From contig NW_024704755.1 in assembly GCF_018977255.1 (NCBI RefSeq), positions 6,882,001-6,946,000 of the forward strand: a DNA stretch of 64,000 nucleotides. The letters run 5' to 3'. The notes under the pieces were generated by a model. That model saw only the letters and a program-made list of their open reading frames with translations, was not told where the DNA came from and did no database searches. Shown here piece by piece: positions 63,628 through 64,000 of the stretch. The stretch comes from Callorhinchus milii. Its lineage: Eukaryota. The translations under genes were made by a program, and so were the position numbers. Each line of letters starts with the position of its first letter. Positions within the stretch are counted from its first letter, which is position 1.

Positions 63628-63810
63628 AAAATAATAATAATCCTTGCATTTGATATAGTGCCTTATCACATCTTCTAGACATCTCAAAGTGCTTCACAGA
63701 ACATACTGTAAAGGGAATTGACCGTATATTATGTGGGGGAAATGCGGCAAATTATTGCACACAGCAGTGTCCCACAAGCAGACATGGATTAAGTGATTAA
63801 ATTATTATTA
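63628..63810 (-). mobile_element. SINE 3' half
   Basis: (AAT)n CCTTGCATTTGATATAGTG...GCACACAGCAGTGTCCCACAAG. Confidence 0.8.
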
Positions 63811-64000
63811 CTTTTTTGAAAAAAATATTATAATAATGACAGACCAAATGATATTTCGGTCACTTGGCAGGAATAAATATCTTACAAAAAATAGTGAGAG
63901 ATATTTATTGTTTTCCTTGCCTTCCTCTCTCTTTATTATCCCGAGTTTCTGAATGAAGTCTTAAGTCGAGCTGCCAGGTTTCGAGTGCTGTGTGTGTTTT

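Overview
AT-rich vertebrate genomic DNA with GT-AG introns. The repeat content (a tRNA-Ala-headed Deu-domain SINE, CR1 and L2 3' ends) points to a cartilaginous fish, probably a chimaera such as Callorhinchus; that is inference. Three protein-coding genes were reconstructed by hand with consistent splice phases: (1) the last 18 coding exons of ANKRD27/VARP (+, 390-16646); (2) PDCD5, whose exon 1 is on the MINUS strand (20204-20139) while exons 2-6 are on the PLUS strand (25290-27730); (3) the first six exons of a long neural-cadherin-like (type III / cHz-cadherin-like) gene (+, from 48612, running off the window). Most ORFs in the supplied track are intronic or repeat-derived noise. I do not see a new multi-gene system. 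The best leads are two tandem WH2/beta-thymosin-like actin-binding motifs in the VARP C-terminal tail, and a ~3.9 kb segment carrying the PDCD5 promoter and exon 1 that is flipped between inverted copies of a G/C-rich minisatellite (a misassembly is more likely than a real inversion).
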